In this document: positions 9,488 through 18,703 of the stretch, one piece after another
Position numbering within the stretch: the stretch's first letter is position 1
Layout of the letters: every line of letters begins with the position of its first letter
Assembly: GCA_963715985.1 (NCBI GenBank)
Contig: CAVQSP010000014.1
Span: forward strand, 608,001 to 672,000
Direction: 5' to 3'
DNA: 64,000 nt
Origin: an uncultured Thermoleophilia bacterium
GTDB taxonomy: Bacteria > Actinomycetota > Thermoleophilia > UBA2241
Program-made: the position numbers and the translations under genes
Notes under the pieces: generated by a model
What the model was told of the DNA's origin: nothing
The model's database searches: none
Seen by the model: the letters and a program-made list of their open reading frames with translations, nothing else

Positions 9488-10600
9488 GTGAGCGTGCCTA
9501 GCCGCACGATCGTGGTCGTGGGCGGCGACACCGCCAGCTTGCTCGTCGCCGCCTGGCTCGCCGCCGCCGGCCACCAGATCGTCCTCTGGGAACTGCGCGA
9601 CGGCGCGATGGGCCCGGCGGGCGCGAGCGCACCGGGCGAGCTCATGCTCAGCGTGGCAGGGCGCGATACGGCGGTCGTGTTCGCGGGGGTCACGACCGAC
9701 GCCTTCGAGGCGCTGGCCGCCGGCGACGTGGTGGTCACCTGCGCGCCGCCGCACGCCCAACAGGCCTTCGCCGACGCGGTGCTGCCCCTCGTGGAGCCGA
9801 GGCATCTGCTGGTCCTGCCGGCCGGCGGCCTCGGCAGCCTCGCGTGCGCGAAGTGGCTGCGCGACCGGGGGCGCTGGGAGCTGCCGACCTTCGCCGAGAG
9901 CGACACGATGCCGGTCCTCGGCGATCTCGAGGGCCCGGCACGCCTGCGTGTCGACGCGGTCGCGTCCCGCTTGGGGTTCGGCGTCTTCCCGGCCGAGCGC
10001 ACCGCTGCCGCCCGGGACCCCCTTGTCGATCTGTTCCCCGGGGCCAGGGCTCACGTGCACGTCCTCGCCGCGGCGCTGGCCGGGGTCGAGCGTTTCGTGC
10101 GCGCGCCGGCGCTGGTGATGAACGCCGGCGCTTCGGAACGTGGCGGGCCGCCGGCGTCGCTGCTGGCCGACGGGTTCACCCGGGAGGTCGCGCGAGTGGC
10201 CGAGGCGCTTGACGGCGAGCGCTGCGCGCTCGCCCGGGCCCTCGGCCTTGATCTGCCGCCGGCCGCCGAAGCACTCTGCGAACGTGGTCTCAGCCCCGGC
10301 GGTGATCTCTGGGCCGCCGTTCACGGCAGCTTCGCGCTGACGCGCCCGCCGGCCGCCGGCGTGGTGCCGGCAGATCTCCAGGCCGACGACGTGTCCTTCG
10401 GAGTGCGCCTCTGGGTCGAGCTTGGCGGCGCGCTCGACGTGCCGATGCCCGTCGCGGGCGCGCTACTGACGCTGCACGATGCCGCCCGCCCGTCGACTGG
10501 ATGGGCCGGCCGGACACTCGAGGACCTCGGTCTGGCCGGCCTGAGCGGCGATGCCCTGCAGCGCTTTCTGACCACCGGGACCGGCGAACCGGACGCCTGA
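9488..10600 (+). CDS. Opine (octopine/nopaline) dehydrogenase-family protein with degenerate motifs
   Basis: N-terminal Rossmann-like IVVVGG...AAWLAAAGHQIVLW, GVFPAERT, DGERCALARALG, DDVSFG...GGALDVPMP. GxGxxG and the HP motif are altered. Confidence 0.7.
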   Translation: MSVPSRTIVVVGGDTASLLVAAWLAAAGHQIVLWELRDGAMGPAGASAPGELMLSVAGRDTAVVFAGVTTDAFEALAAGDVVVTCAPPHAQQAFADAVLPLVEPRHLLVLPAGGLGSLACAKWLRDRGRWELPTFAESDTMPVLGDLEGPARLRVDAVASRLGFGVFPAERTAAARDPLVDLFPGARAHVHVLAAALAGVERFVRAPALVMNAGASERGGPPASLLADGFTREVARVAEALDGERCALARALGLDLPPAAEALCERGLSPGGDLWAAVHGSFALTRPPAAGVVPADLQADDVSFGVRLWVELGGALDVPMPVAGALLTLHDAARPSTGWAGRTLEDLGLAGLSGDALQRFLTTGTGEPDA

Positions 10601-10637
10601 GGGCGCGGTCGGGGAACCTGGACGCGAGGAGGACAGC

Positions 10638-11645
10638 GTGATCGTGGATGCACACAACGACCTGCTGGTCGAAGTGGCCCACTTCCGCCACGAGGCGGCT
10701 CCGTTCCGCGCCCGCTGGCTGGAGCAACTGCGGCGCGGCGGCGTCGGCCTTCAGGTCTGCCCCGCGTCCGTGGACGTGAACGAGTTGCCGGAGTTCGGCC
10801 TGCGCCGCAGTCTCACCCAGATAGCGGAGTGTCACCGGGCGGCAGCCCAGGACCCGGACGAGGTCGTGCTCGTGCGCGATGCCGCCGGCCTGGACGAGGC
10901 CCTTGCCACCGGCCGGCTCGCCCTTCTCCTTTCCATGGAGGGCGCTGAGCCACTCGGCTACGACCCGGCCATGGCGGACGTGTTCTGGCTCCTCGGCGTG
11001 CGCATGTTCTCCCTCACGTGGAACCGCAGGAACCCGTTCGCGGACGGCCTCGGCGAGGCCAATGACGGTGGGCTCAGCGACCTGGGCCGGGAGCTCGTGG
11101 AACGCCTGTGCCGGCTGGGCATGGTCCTTGACCTCGCGCACGCCTCCCGGCGCACGTTCTTCGACGTGCTGGAGCGCGCGCCGGACGCGCCGGTCGTCGT
11201 CAGTCACGCCTGCTGCCGTGCCGTCTACGACATCCCGCGCAATCTGACCGACGACCAGCTGCGCGCGCTGGCCGATCACGGCGGCGTGCTGGCGGTCATG
11301 GGCATCCCGCTCGCCGTCGATCTGGAGGCGCCCTCCCTCGAGCGTGTGGCCGATCACATCGACCACGCCGTGGACGTGATGGGCGTGAGACATGTGGGGC
11401 TCGGCGCCGACTTCATGACGCAGATCGTGGAATCCGGCGCCGAGCCCGCGTTCCAGGCGACGAGCCTCATGCCTGAGGGGATGTCGTTCGCCGAGGCCGT
11501 GCCCGGGTTCAGCGGGCCGGCGGACTACCCGGCGCTGGCGGCGGTCCTCGGGGCACGGGGATACGCCGGGGAGGCGCTCGATGCCATCCTCGGCGGCAAT
11601 CTGCTGAGAGTCATCCGGGGAGCGCTGGCCGCCGGCGGCGACTGA
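10638..11645 (+). CDS. Membrane/renal dipeptidase family (peptidase M19)
   Basis: DAHND, SMEG, LTWNRRN, DLAH, VVSH, RNLTDDQL, HVGLGADF, GGNLLRV. Confidence 0.92.
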   Translation: MIVDAHNDLLVEVAHFRHEAAPFRARWLEQLRRGGVGLQVCPASVDVNELPEFGLRRSLTQIAECHRAAAQDPDEVVLVRDAAGLDEALATGRLALLLSMEGAEPLGYDPAMADVFWLLGVRMFSLTWNRRNPFADGLGEANDGGLSDLGRELVERLCRLGMVLDLAHASRRTFFDVLERAPDAPVVVSHACCRAVYDIPRNLTDDQLRALADHGGVLAVMGIPLAVDLEAPSLERVADHIDHAVDVMGVRHVGLGADFMTQIVESGAEPAFQATSLMPEGMSFAEAVPGFSGPADYPALAAVLGARGYAGEALDAILGGNLLRVIRGALAAGGD

Positions 11646-11689
11646 CGCGCGGACGCCGCGGCAGCGGCGGGGAAGGACGGCTGGACCAC

Positions 11690-12349
11690 GTGGACACGCA
11701 CCCGACCATCGCAGCCATCATCAGCGCCTTCACGGAGGCCGACTTCGACGCCGTCCCCGGCCTCGTGGAGAAGGGCCTTGGACAAGGTCTGACGGCGCAG
11801 GCTCTGCTGGATGACGGCCTTGTGGCCGGTATCCGCGACGTGGGGGAGATGTTCCGGCGCGGCGAAGTCTACCTGCCGGAGATGATGCTGGCGGCGGAAG
11901 CCTGGCAGTCCGGCATGGACGTGCTGGCGCCCCAGCTCGCCGAGCGCGCCGCCGCGGAGCCGAAGGGAACGGTGGTCATCGGCACCGTGAAGGGCGACAT
12001 CCATTCGCTCGGCAAGACCATCGTGTCCACCATGCTCAGGACCGCCGGGTTCGAGGTCGTCGATCTCGGCACCGACGTGCCGGCGTCTCGCTTCATCACG
12101 GCAGCCACCGACGCGCGTGCCACGGTGATCGCCGCGTGCGCCTTGATGACGACGACGATGCCGCAGCAGCGCGAGGTGGTGGAGCACGCCGTGGCCGCCG
12201 GGAGGCGTGACGAGCTGTTCATCATGATCGGGGGAGCCTCCACCAGCCCGGCGTGGGCCGTGGAGATCGGCGCGGACGGCCACGGGGAGACGGCTGCCGA
12301 CGCAGTGGCTCTCGCCGAGGACTTCGTCGGCCGGGTCGTGAGGAGCTGA
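11690..12349 (+). CDS. Corrinoid (B12-binding) methyl-carrier protein, MtmC/MttC-like
   Basis: Cap domain (EVYLPEMMLAA) plus DxHxxG motif GDIHSLGK, DLGTDVP, ALMTTT, IGGA, IGAD. Confidence 0.93.
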   Translation: MDTHPTIAAIISAFTEADFDAVPGLVEKGLGQGLTAQALLDDGLVAGIRDVGEMFRRGEVYLPEMMLAAEAWQSGMDVLAPQLAERAAAEPKGTVVIGTVKGDIHSLGKTIVSTMLRTAGFEVVDLGTDVPASRFITAATDARATVIAACALMTTTMPQQREVVEHAVAAGRRDELFIMIGGASTSPAWAVEIGADGHGETAADAVALAEDFVGRVVRS

Positions 12350-12351
12350 CG

Positions 12352-13780
12352 ATGCTGGGCAACCTGGAGATCTATCGCCGCGCGACGACCGGCGAGATCT
12401 GCTCGGAGAAGGACTTCGACCTGCGTCGCTTCATCCCGGCCCTGCGGAGGCTGGTGAAGGCTCACGGGATCGTCTGCGACCGCAGTACGCCGGTGCCGGC
12501 GGACGACGACCTCGCCGACCGCGTCTGGCAGGCCGGCCGCGAACTGTTCCTGGAAGTGGGGGTGTTCTGCCCCGACACCGAACGGGTCATCCGGTTCGAC
12601 GCGGCGGAGCTCGACCAGGCCCTGGCACACGCGCCGCGCCCGGTGGTGGTCGGCAGCGGACAGTTCGCGCGGACGATCCCGGTGCGGCGTCCGGAGAGCG
12701 CGACGCTCCCGTTCTTCTCGCTGGGGGCCTGCGGCGCCGGCGTGACCAGCGACGAGGTGTTCATGAGCCTCACGCAGGCGTATTGCGAGCTGCCGTACAT
12801 CGACGCCATCGCCATGCCGGCGCTCACCCGAGATCGACGGCATGACCATCGTGGCGGGCAGCCCGCTCGAGGTCGAGGGATGCGTGCGTACGGTGACGAT
12901 GGCGCGCGAGGCGACACGGCGCGCGAACAAGGCGGGAATGGGGATCGCCAACACCGTGCCGACCGGCGTGCGCTCGCAAGGGCACATCGCCGGCAATGCA
13001 GCCGCGGCCGACCAGTGGGACATGATGGAGATAGGCGGTCACGCGGAGTTCAAGGTCGACTTCGACAGCCTGAGCAAGATCGCGTACATGCAGGGCCGGG
13101 GCCGGACGATCCTCGGAGAGACGGGGCCTCTGCTCGGCGGCTATGCCGGCGGTCCCGAAGGCTGCGCCGTCGCCCTTGCCGCCTACCACTTCTTCGCCCT
13201 GCTGGTGCTCCGTGCAGCCGTGCAGCACCCGTTCACGTCGCACTTCCAGACGCAGTCCTGTACCTCGCGGGAGGCCATCTGGCTGCGCTCGGTCGCTCTG
13301 CAGGCCATCACGCGGCACAGCGACGTGCCGTGTCTGGAGTCGGGCACCTACGCGGCCGGGCCGGGCACCGAGATGAGCCTTTTCGAGGCCGCCGCGATGG
13401 CGGCTCCCAGTGTGGTGTCGGGCGGCAGCGTCGAGTCGGGGCCGACAGCGCGGGCGACGCACCTCGATCACCTCTCGCCGATGGCGAACCTCTTCGCCGC
13501 CGAAGTGGGACGCTCAGTGGCCGGCATGTCCCGCACCGACGTCAACGACCTCGTGGTGCGTCTGCTGGACAAGTACGAGGATCACCTCACCGACCCGCCC
13601 TTCGGGCGGCGCTACCAGGAGTGTTACGACATGGCCAGCCGGCAGCCGGACGCCGAGGCGAGGGCGGTGTATCGGACGGCCCGAGCGGCGGTGGCAGCCA
13701 TGGGCCTGGAGTTCCGCGACCCGCGCGTTCTACGACTGAGGACGGGCGTGAAGCGCTGCGCCGACCTACTGGAGGTGTGA
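12352..13780 (+). CDS. mtmB: MtmB-family (monomethylamine:corrinoid-type) methyltransferase without pyrrolysine; +1 frameshift at about 12828, probably a sequencing error
   Basis: RATTGEICSEKDFD, VPADDDLADRVWQAG, GVFCPDTERVIRF, GSPLEV, GMGI, EFKVD, PLLGGYAGGPEG, PFGRRYQECYD. A second +1 base near 13724 would give a natural end EFRDPAFYD* at 13739. Confidence 0.88.
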
Positions 13781-13782
13781 AG

Positions 13783-15453
13783 ATGAAGCTGACGGGAGCG
13801 CAGTACCTCGCCCGCACGCTTGAGGGCTACGGCGTGACGCACTTCTTCCACGTGCCGGCCATCATCCCGTGGACGCTTGCGCAGATGGAGGAGACAGGGC
13901 GCATCACCCGAGTGGTCACGCACGACGAACGTGCGGCCGGGTACATGGCCGACGGGTACGCGCGCGCCTCCGGGCGCCCGGGCGTGTGCGGCTGCCAGAT
14001 GATCGGGACGAACAACCTGGCGGCCGGACTGCGGGACGCCTTCATGGCGCGTTCCCCGGTGCTGGCGTTCAGCGGCGGCTCCTACGTGAGATCCCGCCAC
14101 CGCCACCAGTATCAGGAGATCGACGGCTTGCCCGTGTTCGCCCCGGTCACCAAGTTCAACGTGCAGGTCGATGACGTGACCCGGTTGCCGGACCTGCTGC
14201 GTCAGGGCTTCCGCGCCGCCACGAGTGGCAAGCCGGGGCCGGTCCACCTGGCGCTCGAGGGGCACTTCGGCGAGGAGACGGAGCTCCAGGAGGCGGAGCT
14301 CGACGATCTCGTCGAAGAGCGGTTCGCCGGCGTACCGCCGTTCCGGCCTCTGCCTCAGGCGGATCAGGTGACCGCTGCCGTCCGGCTGCTGGTGGAGGCG
14401 GAGCGCCCCGTGCTCGTCGCGGGCGGCGGCGTGCGCCAGTCCGGCGCCGGCTCCGAGCTGCTCGCGCTCGCGGAGCTTCTGTCTGTCCCGGTGGCCACCT
14501 CGCTCAACGCGAAGGACGTCATACCGGGCGACCACCCGCTGGCCCTGGGCGTCCCCGGGCTGTACCAGCGTGAGAGCGCCAACCGGGCACTCCTGGAGGC
14601 GGATCTCGTCTGCTACGTCGGCAGCCAGACCGGCAGCCAGGTGACCAGGAACTGGACGATCCCTCTTCCGGGCACGAGGGTCGTGCAGATAGACGTAGAC
14701 CCTGAGGAGCTGGGCCGGCACTACCCGAACGCCGTGTCGGTCCTCGGCGATGCCAAGCTCACGCTCGGCCAAATGGCTGAGGCCGTCGAGGCACCCGTAC
14801 GGCGGCCGGCCTGGACGGCGCGCGCCGCGGAGCTCGTGGCCGCGTGGCGCGCCTCGGTGGACGAACACGTGACCAGCGACGCGGCGCCGATGCGGCCGGA
14901 GCGCCTGCTGGGCGAGCTCGGCCGCGTCCTGCCCTCGGACAGCATCGTCGTCGCCGACACCGGCCACGCCGGCTTCTGGACGGGGACCTACCTCGACCTC
15001 ACACGACCCGGCCAGGGCTTCCTGCGGGCCGCGGGCTCGCTGGGCTGGGGTTTCCCGGCCGCGCTGGGTGCCAAGATGGCCGTCGGTGACGAGCGGTCCG
15101 TGGTCCTGTTCACGGGGGACGGCGGCCTCTGGTACCACCTCGCGGAGATCGAGACGGCGCTGCGCTGGGGCGTCAAGGTCGTCGTCGTGGTCAACGACAA
15201 CCATTCCATGAACGAGCAGATCCCCTTCTACGAGCCGATGTACGGCGGCCGGCTGCACGGGCGGCACGAGGACCTCTGGGTCTTCCGCGAGGTCGACTTC
15301 GCGGCGGTGGCGACATCGCTCGGAGCCATCGGCCGCCGCGTCGAACGGCCTCGGGACTTCGCTCCTGCCCTCGAGCAGGCCCTCGAGGCCGATCGGCTCA
15401 CTGTGCTCGATGTGCTCACCGACATCGAGGCGGAATGTCCCTGGGGCGCTTGA
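13783..15453 (+). CDS. Thiamine diphosphate-dependent enzyme, acetolactate synthase-like superfamily
   Basis: HDERAAGYMADGYAR, PGPVHL, GSLGWGFPAALG, GDG...NDN motif. GGAGGTG RBS. No regulatory subunit is adjacent. Confidence 0.9.
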   Translation: MKLTGAQYLARTLEGYGVTHFFHVPAIIPWTLAQMEETGRITRVVTHDERAAGYMADGYARASGRPGVCGCQMIGTNNLAAGLRDAFMARSPVLAFSGGSYVRSRHRHQYQEIDGLPVFAPVTKFNVQVDDVTRLPDLLRQGFRAATSGKPGPVHLALEGHFGEETELQEAELDDLVEERFAGVPPFRPLPQADQVTAAVRLLVEAERPVLVAGGGVRQSGAGSELLALAELLSVPVATSLNAKDVIPGDHPLALGVPGLYQRESANRALLEADLVCYVGSQTGSQVTRNWTIPLPGTRVVQIDVDPEELGRHYPNAVSVLGDAKLTLGQMAEAVEAPVRRPAWTARAAELVAAWRASVDEHVTSDAAPMRPERLLGELGRVLPSDSIVVADTGHAGFWTGTYLDLTRPGQGFLRAAGSLGWGFPAALGAKMAVGDERSVVLFTGDGGLWYHLAEIETALRWGVKVVVVVNDNHSMNEQIPFYEPMYGGRLHGRHEDLWVFREVDFAAVATSLGAIGRRVERPRDFAPALEQALEADRLTVLDVLTDIEAECPWGA

Positions 15454-15489
15454 CTCTGTGAAGCGCACGAACGTAAGGAGCCGGATGCC

Positions 15490-16521
15490 GTGAACACACC
15501 GACGTACGCGCCGCCTGACGGCGCCGAGGTGATCCGAACGATCGACGTCCACGCCGCCGGAGAGCCTGTGCGGGTCATCGTGGAGGGCCTCGCTGCCATT
15601 CCCGGAGCCGACATGCTGGCGAAGCGCCGCTATGCCCAGGAGCACCTCGACGCTCTCCGCCGTCGGCTCATGTGGGAGCCCCGCGGACACGCCGACATGT
15701 ACGGCGCGATCCCCACGGAGCCAGTCACCGACGACGGCGACTGCGGGGTGCTGTTCCTGCACAACGAGGGCTTCAGCACCATGTGCGGGCACGGCATCAT
15801 CGGCCTCACGAAGATCCTGCTCGAGACGGGGATGGTGACGCCCGGGGAGGGCACGTCGACCGTCCGCATCGACACGCCCGCGGGCCGCGTCGTAGCCCGC
15901 GCGACTGCGGATCGCGGGACCGTCCGGGAGGTCGTGTTCGACAACGTGCCGTCGTTCGTGTACCGGCGAGGAATCGAGGTCGGCCTCGCCGGCATCGGCA
16001 AGACCATCTGCGACATCGCCTTCGGCGGCGCGTACTACGCGTTCTGCAACGCCGCCGACCTGGGCCTGACTTTGGAGCCCGCGCAGCACGACCGCCTGAT
16101 CGAGGTCGGCAGACTCGTCAAGAAGGCGGTGCTGGCGCAGACGGCCATCGAGGACCCGGTCGCTCCCGACCTCGGGTTCCTCTACGGCGTCATCTTCACC
16201 GGTCCGCCGGCCGCGGCGGGCCACCACAGCCGCCACGTCTGCGTCTTCGCCGAGGGCGAAGTGGACCGCTCGCCCACGGGCACCGGAGTCAGCGCGCGTG
16301 CCGCCCTGCTGAGCGAGGCGGGGCAGTTGCCTGACGGTGAGCCCATCATGATCGAAAGCATCCTCGGCACATGCTTCGGCGTGGCGGTGGTGGGCCACTC
16401 CAGGGTCGGTCCGTTCCCCGCAGTGATCCCGGCCGTCTCCGGGGAGGCGTACGCGACGGGGATGAGCACCTTCTTCGTGGAGCGCGGTGACCCGCTCGGT
16501 GACGGCTTCATCTTCAGATGA
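15490..16521 (+). CDS. Proline racemase superfamily, Cys/Thr type (probable trans-3-hydroxy-L-proline dehydratase)
   Basis: IDVHAAGEP, EPRGHADMYG, MCGH, and DRSPTGTG with Thr in place of the second catalytic Cys. Confidence 0.85.
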   Translation: MNTPTYAPPDGAEVIRTIDVHAAGEPVRVIVEGLAAIPGADMLAKRRYAQEHLDALRRRLMWEPRGHADMYGAIPTEPVTDDGDCGVLFLHNEGFSTMCGHGIIGLTKILLETGMVTPGEGTSTVRIDTPAGRVVARATADRGTVREVVFDNVPSFVYRRGIEVGLAGIGKTICDIAFGGAYYAFCNAADLGLTLEPAQHDRLIEVGRLVKKAVLAQTAIEDPVAPDLGFLYGVIFTGPPAAAGHHSRHVCVFAEGEVDRSPTGTGVSARAALLSEAGQLPDGEPIMIESILGTCFGVAVVGHSRVGPFPAVIPAVSGEAYATGMSTFFVERGDPLGDGFIFR

Positions 16522-16603
16522 CCGGCGCGCGATCCATCCGCGTGCTGCCCCTCCGTCCGTTGGCGGCCCTCGCTGCCGCCGGTGGGTCGAGCAAGGACGG
16601 GAC

Positions 16604-17578
16604 GTGAGGTACGCCGGCCTCTGTACTTCCGTGCTTGAGGCGATCGGCCAGACACCGCTCGTCGAGCTCGGCAGGATCGGCGTGCCGTACGGCGGCCGGA
16701 TCCTCGCCAAGCTCGAGTACCTGAACCCCGGGCACTCGAAGAAAGACCGCATCGCCCTGGCGATGATCGAGGAGGCCGAGCGCTCGGGTGCGCTAGCTCC
16801 CGGGCAGACAGTGGTCGAGCTCACGAGCGGCAACTGCGGTACGGGCCTCGCCATCGTGTGCGCCGTGACGGGTCACCCTTTCGTCGCGGTCATGTCGCGC
16901 GGAAACACCATCGAGCGCGCCCGCATGATGGCTGCGCTGGGCGCCGAGGTCGTGCTCGTCGACCAGCTGCCAGGCTCGACTCCAGGCCAGGTCTCGGGCG
17001 GGGACCTCGACCTCGTCGAGCGGGAGACTCTGCGGGTGGTGCGCGAGCGGGGCGCCTTCCGCGCCAACCAGTTCGAGCTGGCCGCCTGCGTCGATGCGCA
17101 CTACGCCCATACTGCTCGCGAGCTCCTCGAGCAGTCTGGGGGAAACGTGACCGCCTTCTGCGATTTCGTCGGCAGCGGCTCCACGTTCACGGGGTGCGCG
17201 ACCGCTCTCAAGGAGTACGACCCCTTGATCTGCTGCTACGTGGTCGAGCCGCGCGGGGCCGCCGTGCTCTCGGGACGGGAGCTCCAGAACCCCAGCCATC
17301 GCATCCAGGGCGGCGGATACGCACGCGCGCACCTTCAGCTCATGCGCACCGACCTGGTCGATGGCTATCTGCAGATCAGCGACGAACAGGCGATCGCCAC
17401 CGCCCGCGATCTTGCGCGGCGGGAGGGCCTGTTCGCCGGGTTCAGCTCCGGAGCGAACGTGGCCGCCGCTCTCCAGCTGCTCAAAGGACCGCACCGCGGC
17501 GGCACCGTGGCCGTGCTCCTCTGCGACAGCGGGATGAAGTACTTGAGCACCGATCTGTGGCCCTCGGCGATCGATTGA
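16604..17578 (+). CDS. PLP-dependent cysteine synthase/CBS family protein (divergent)
   Basis: IGQTPLV, KLEYLNPGHSKKDR, TSGNCG, HRIQG, EGLFAGFSSGA, CDSGMKYLST. Start inferred at GTG 16604. Confidence 0.88.
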   Translation: MRYAGLCTSVLEAIGQTPLVELGRIGVPYGGRILAKLEYLNPGHSKKDRIALAMIEEAERSGALAPGQTVVELTSGNCGTGLAIVCAVTGHPFVAVMSRGNTIERARMMAALGAEVVLVDQLPGSTPGQVSGGDLDLVERETLRVVRERGAFRANQFELAACVDAHYAHTARELLEQSGGNVTAFCDFVGSGSTFTGCATALKEYDPLICCYVVEPRGAAVLSGRELQNPSHRIQGGGYARAHLQLMRTDLVDGYLQISDEQAIATARDLARREGLFAGFSSGANVAAALQLLKGPHRGGTVAVLLCDSGMKYLSTDLWPSAID

Positions 17579-17636
17579 CGGGTGAGCGCATGACTCTTAG
17601 TATCTCGCTCGTATACACGCTGCATCCGGAGATATC
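17575..17636 (+). promoter_or_regulatory. Sigma-A-type promoter (TTGACG-17-TAGTAT) with 11-bp-phased GTAT-like boxes
   Basis: -35 at 17575-17580, -10 at 17598-17603. Boxes at 17600, 17611, 17622 and about 17632. Confidence 0.7.
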
Positions 17637-17731
17637 GCGCAGCAGGCGCGACCAGCCGGGGCAATCGACTGCGGATCCTCGGAGGAGTCTCTCCTCTTCG
17701 ACCGACAGCACGCGGACGGGGGGTTGATCTG

Positions 17732-18688
17732 ATGAACCAGTACATGTGGGCCTACGCCGACCCGTATCAGTGGATGGAGCGCACGGCGAAGTTCCCGCCG
17801 ATGATCGTCACCTGCGCGGTGGACGGCGGCATCCAGGGCAAGGAGAGTCATCCGGCGCTTCCCGAGCTGCCCGACGAGATCGCCCTGGAGTGCCAGGCGG
17901 CCTACGAGGCCGGCGCATCGATCGTGCACATCCACGGTCGGGACCCCGACAACTTCACCAACTGCACCGATGACCCCGAGGTGTACCGGGACATCCTTGG
18001 ACGCGTGCGCGAGAAGTGCCCCGAGCTGATCATCAACATCACCACAGGCGGCGGTCCCACGACCACCGACGAGGGCCGAGTGGCCATCCTCGACGCCGGG
18101 CCAGAGATGGCGACCCTGAACCTCGGTCCGGACATGGAGCGCTTCGAGCTCGCGGAACGTAAGCCGCCGCTGCCGCACCCCCGCGAGGCGATGGTCGTCG
18201 ACATGGTCATGCCGTTCACCTACGGCTTCATCGACCGGCTCGCCGGCGTGATGCTGGAGAAGGGCATCAAGCCGGAGCTCGAGATCTACCAGCCCGGCCA
18301 GTACTGGGTGAGTCGCGGGCTGGCGGAGCGGGGCCTCATCAAGCCTCCGTACTCGCACCAGTTCGTCATGGGCGTGCAGACGGCCATCTACCCGACACCC
18401 TGGAACGTGCTGGCGATGCTGAGCGAACTCCCCGACGACTCGGTGTTCACGGTCGCCGCCATCGGCAAGTTCCAGTGGCCCCTCATCACCATGGGCATCA
18501 TCCTCGGCGGCAACGTGCGCGTGGGCCTCGAGGACAACCTGTACGAGCGACGCGGCCGCAAGCTGACGGGGAACGGCGAGGCGGTACAGAAGGCCGTGCG
18601 CCTCGCCCGGGAGTTCGGCCGCGAGATCGCCACGCCGGCCCAGGCGCGCGAGATGCTGGGGCTGTCGGCCACACCAAGCAGCTACTGA
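17732..18688 (+). CDS. Beta-keto acid cleavage enzyme (BKACE/DUF849; 3-keto-5-aminohexanoate cleavage family)
   Basis: IVTCAVDG, EAGASIVHIHGR, TTGG, KPELEIY, GGNVRVGLEDN, ATPAQAREMLGL. Confidence 0.93.
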   Translation: MNQYMWAYADPYQWMERTAKFPPMIVTCAVDGGIQGKESHPALPELPDEIALECQAAYEAGASIVHIHGRDPDNFTNCTDDPEVYRDILGRVREKCPELIINITTGGGPTTTDEGRVAILDAGPEMATLNLGPDMERFELAERKPPLPHPREAMVVDMVMPFTYGFIDRLAGVMLEKGIKPELEIYQPGQYWVSRGLAERGLIKPPYSHQFVMGVQTAIYPTPWNVLAMLSELPDDSVFTVAAIGKFQWPLITMGIILGGNVRVGLEDNLYERRGRKLTGNGEAVQKAVRLAREFGREIATPAQAREMLGLSATPSSY

Positions 18689-18703
18689 GCGGGGGAGTCA
18701 GTC

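Noticed and set aside
11646-11689. Cobalamin riboswitch near the corrinoid genes
   Set aside because: The spacer is too short, and no B12-element consensus was seen in any intergenic region of the cluster.
12253-15453. 1066-aa ORF that looks like an MtmB-ThDP enzyme fusion
   Set aside because: It is an artefact of the +1 base at about 12828. The middle third is out-of-frame mtmB sequence, and the ThDP gene has its own RBS and ATG at 13783.
7286-16854. Very long antisense ORFs (1012 and 1076 aa here; similar ones opposite mttB, putA, carB, infB, pnp and rnj)
   Set aside because: These are typical shadow ORFs of high-GC codon usage, with no recognisable domains and full overlap with well-supported genes.
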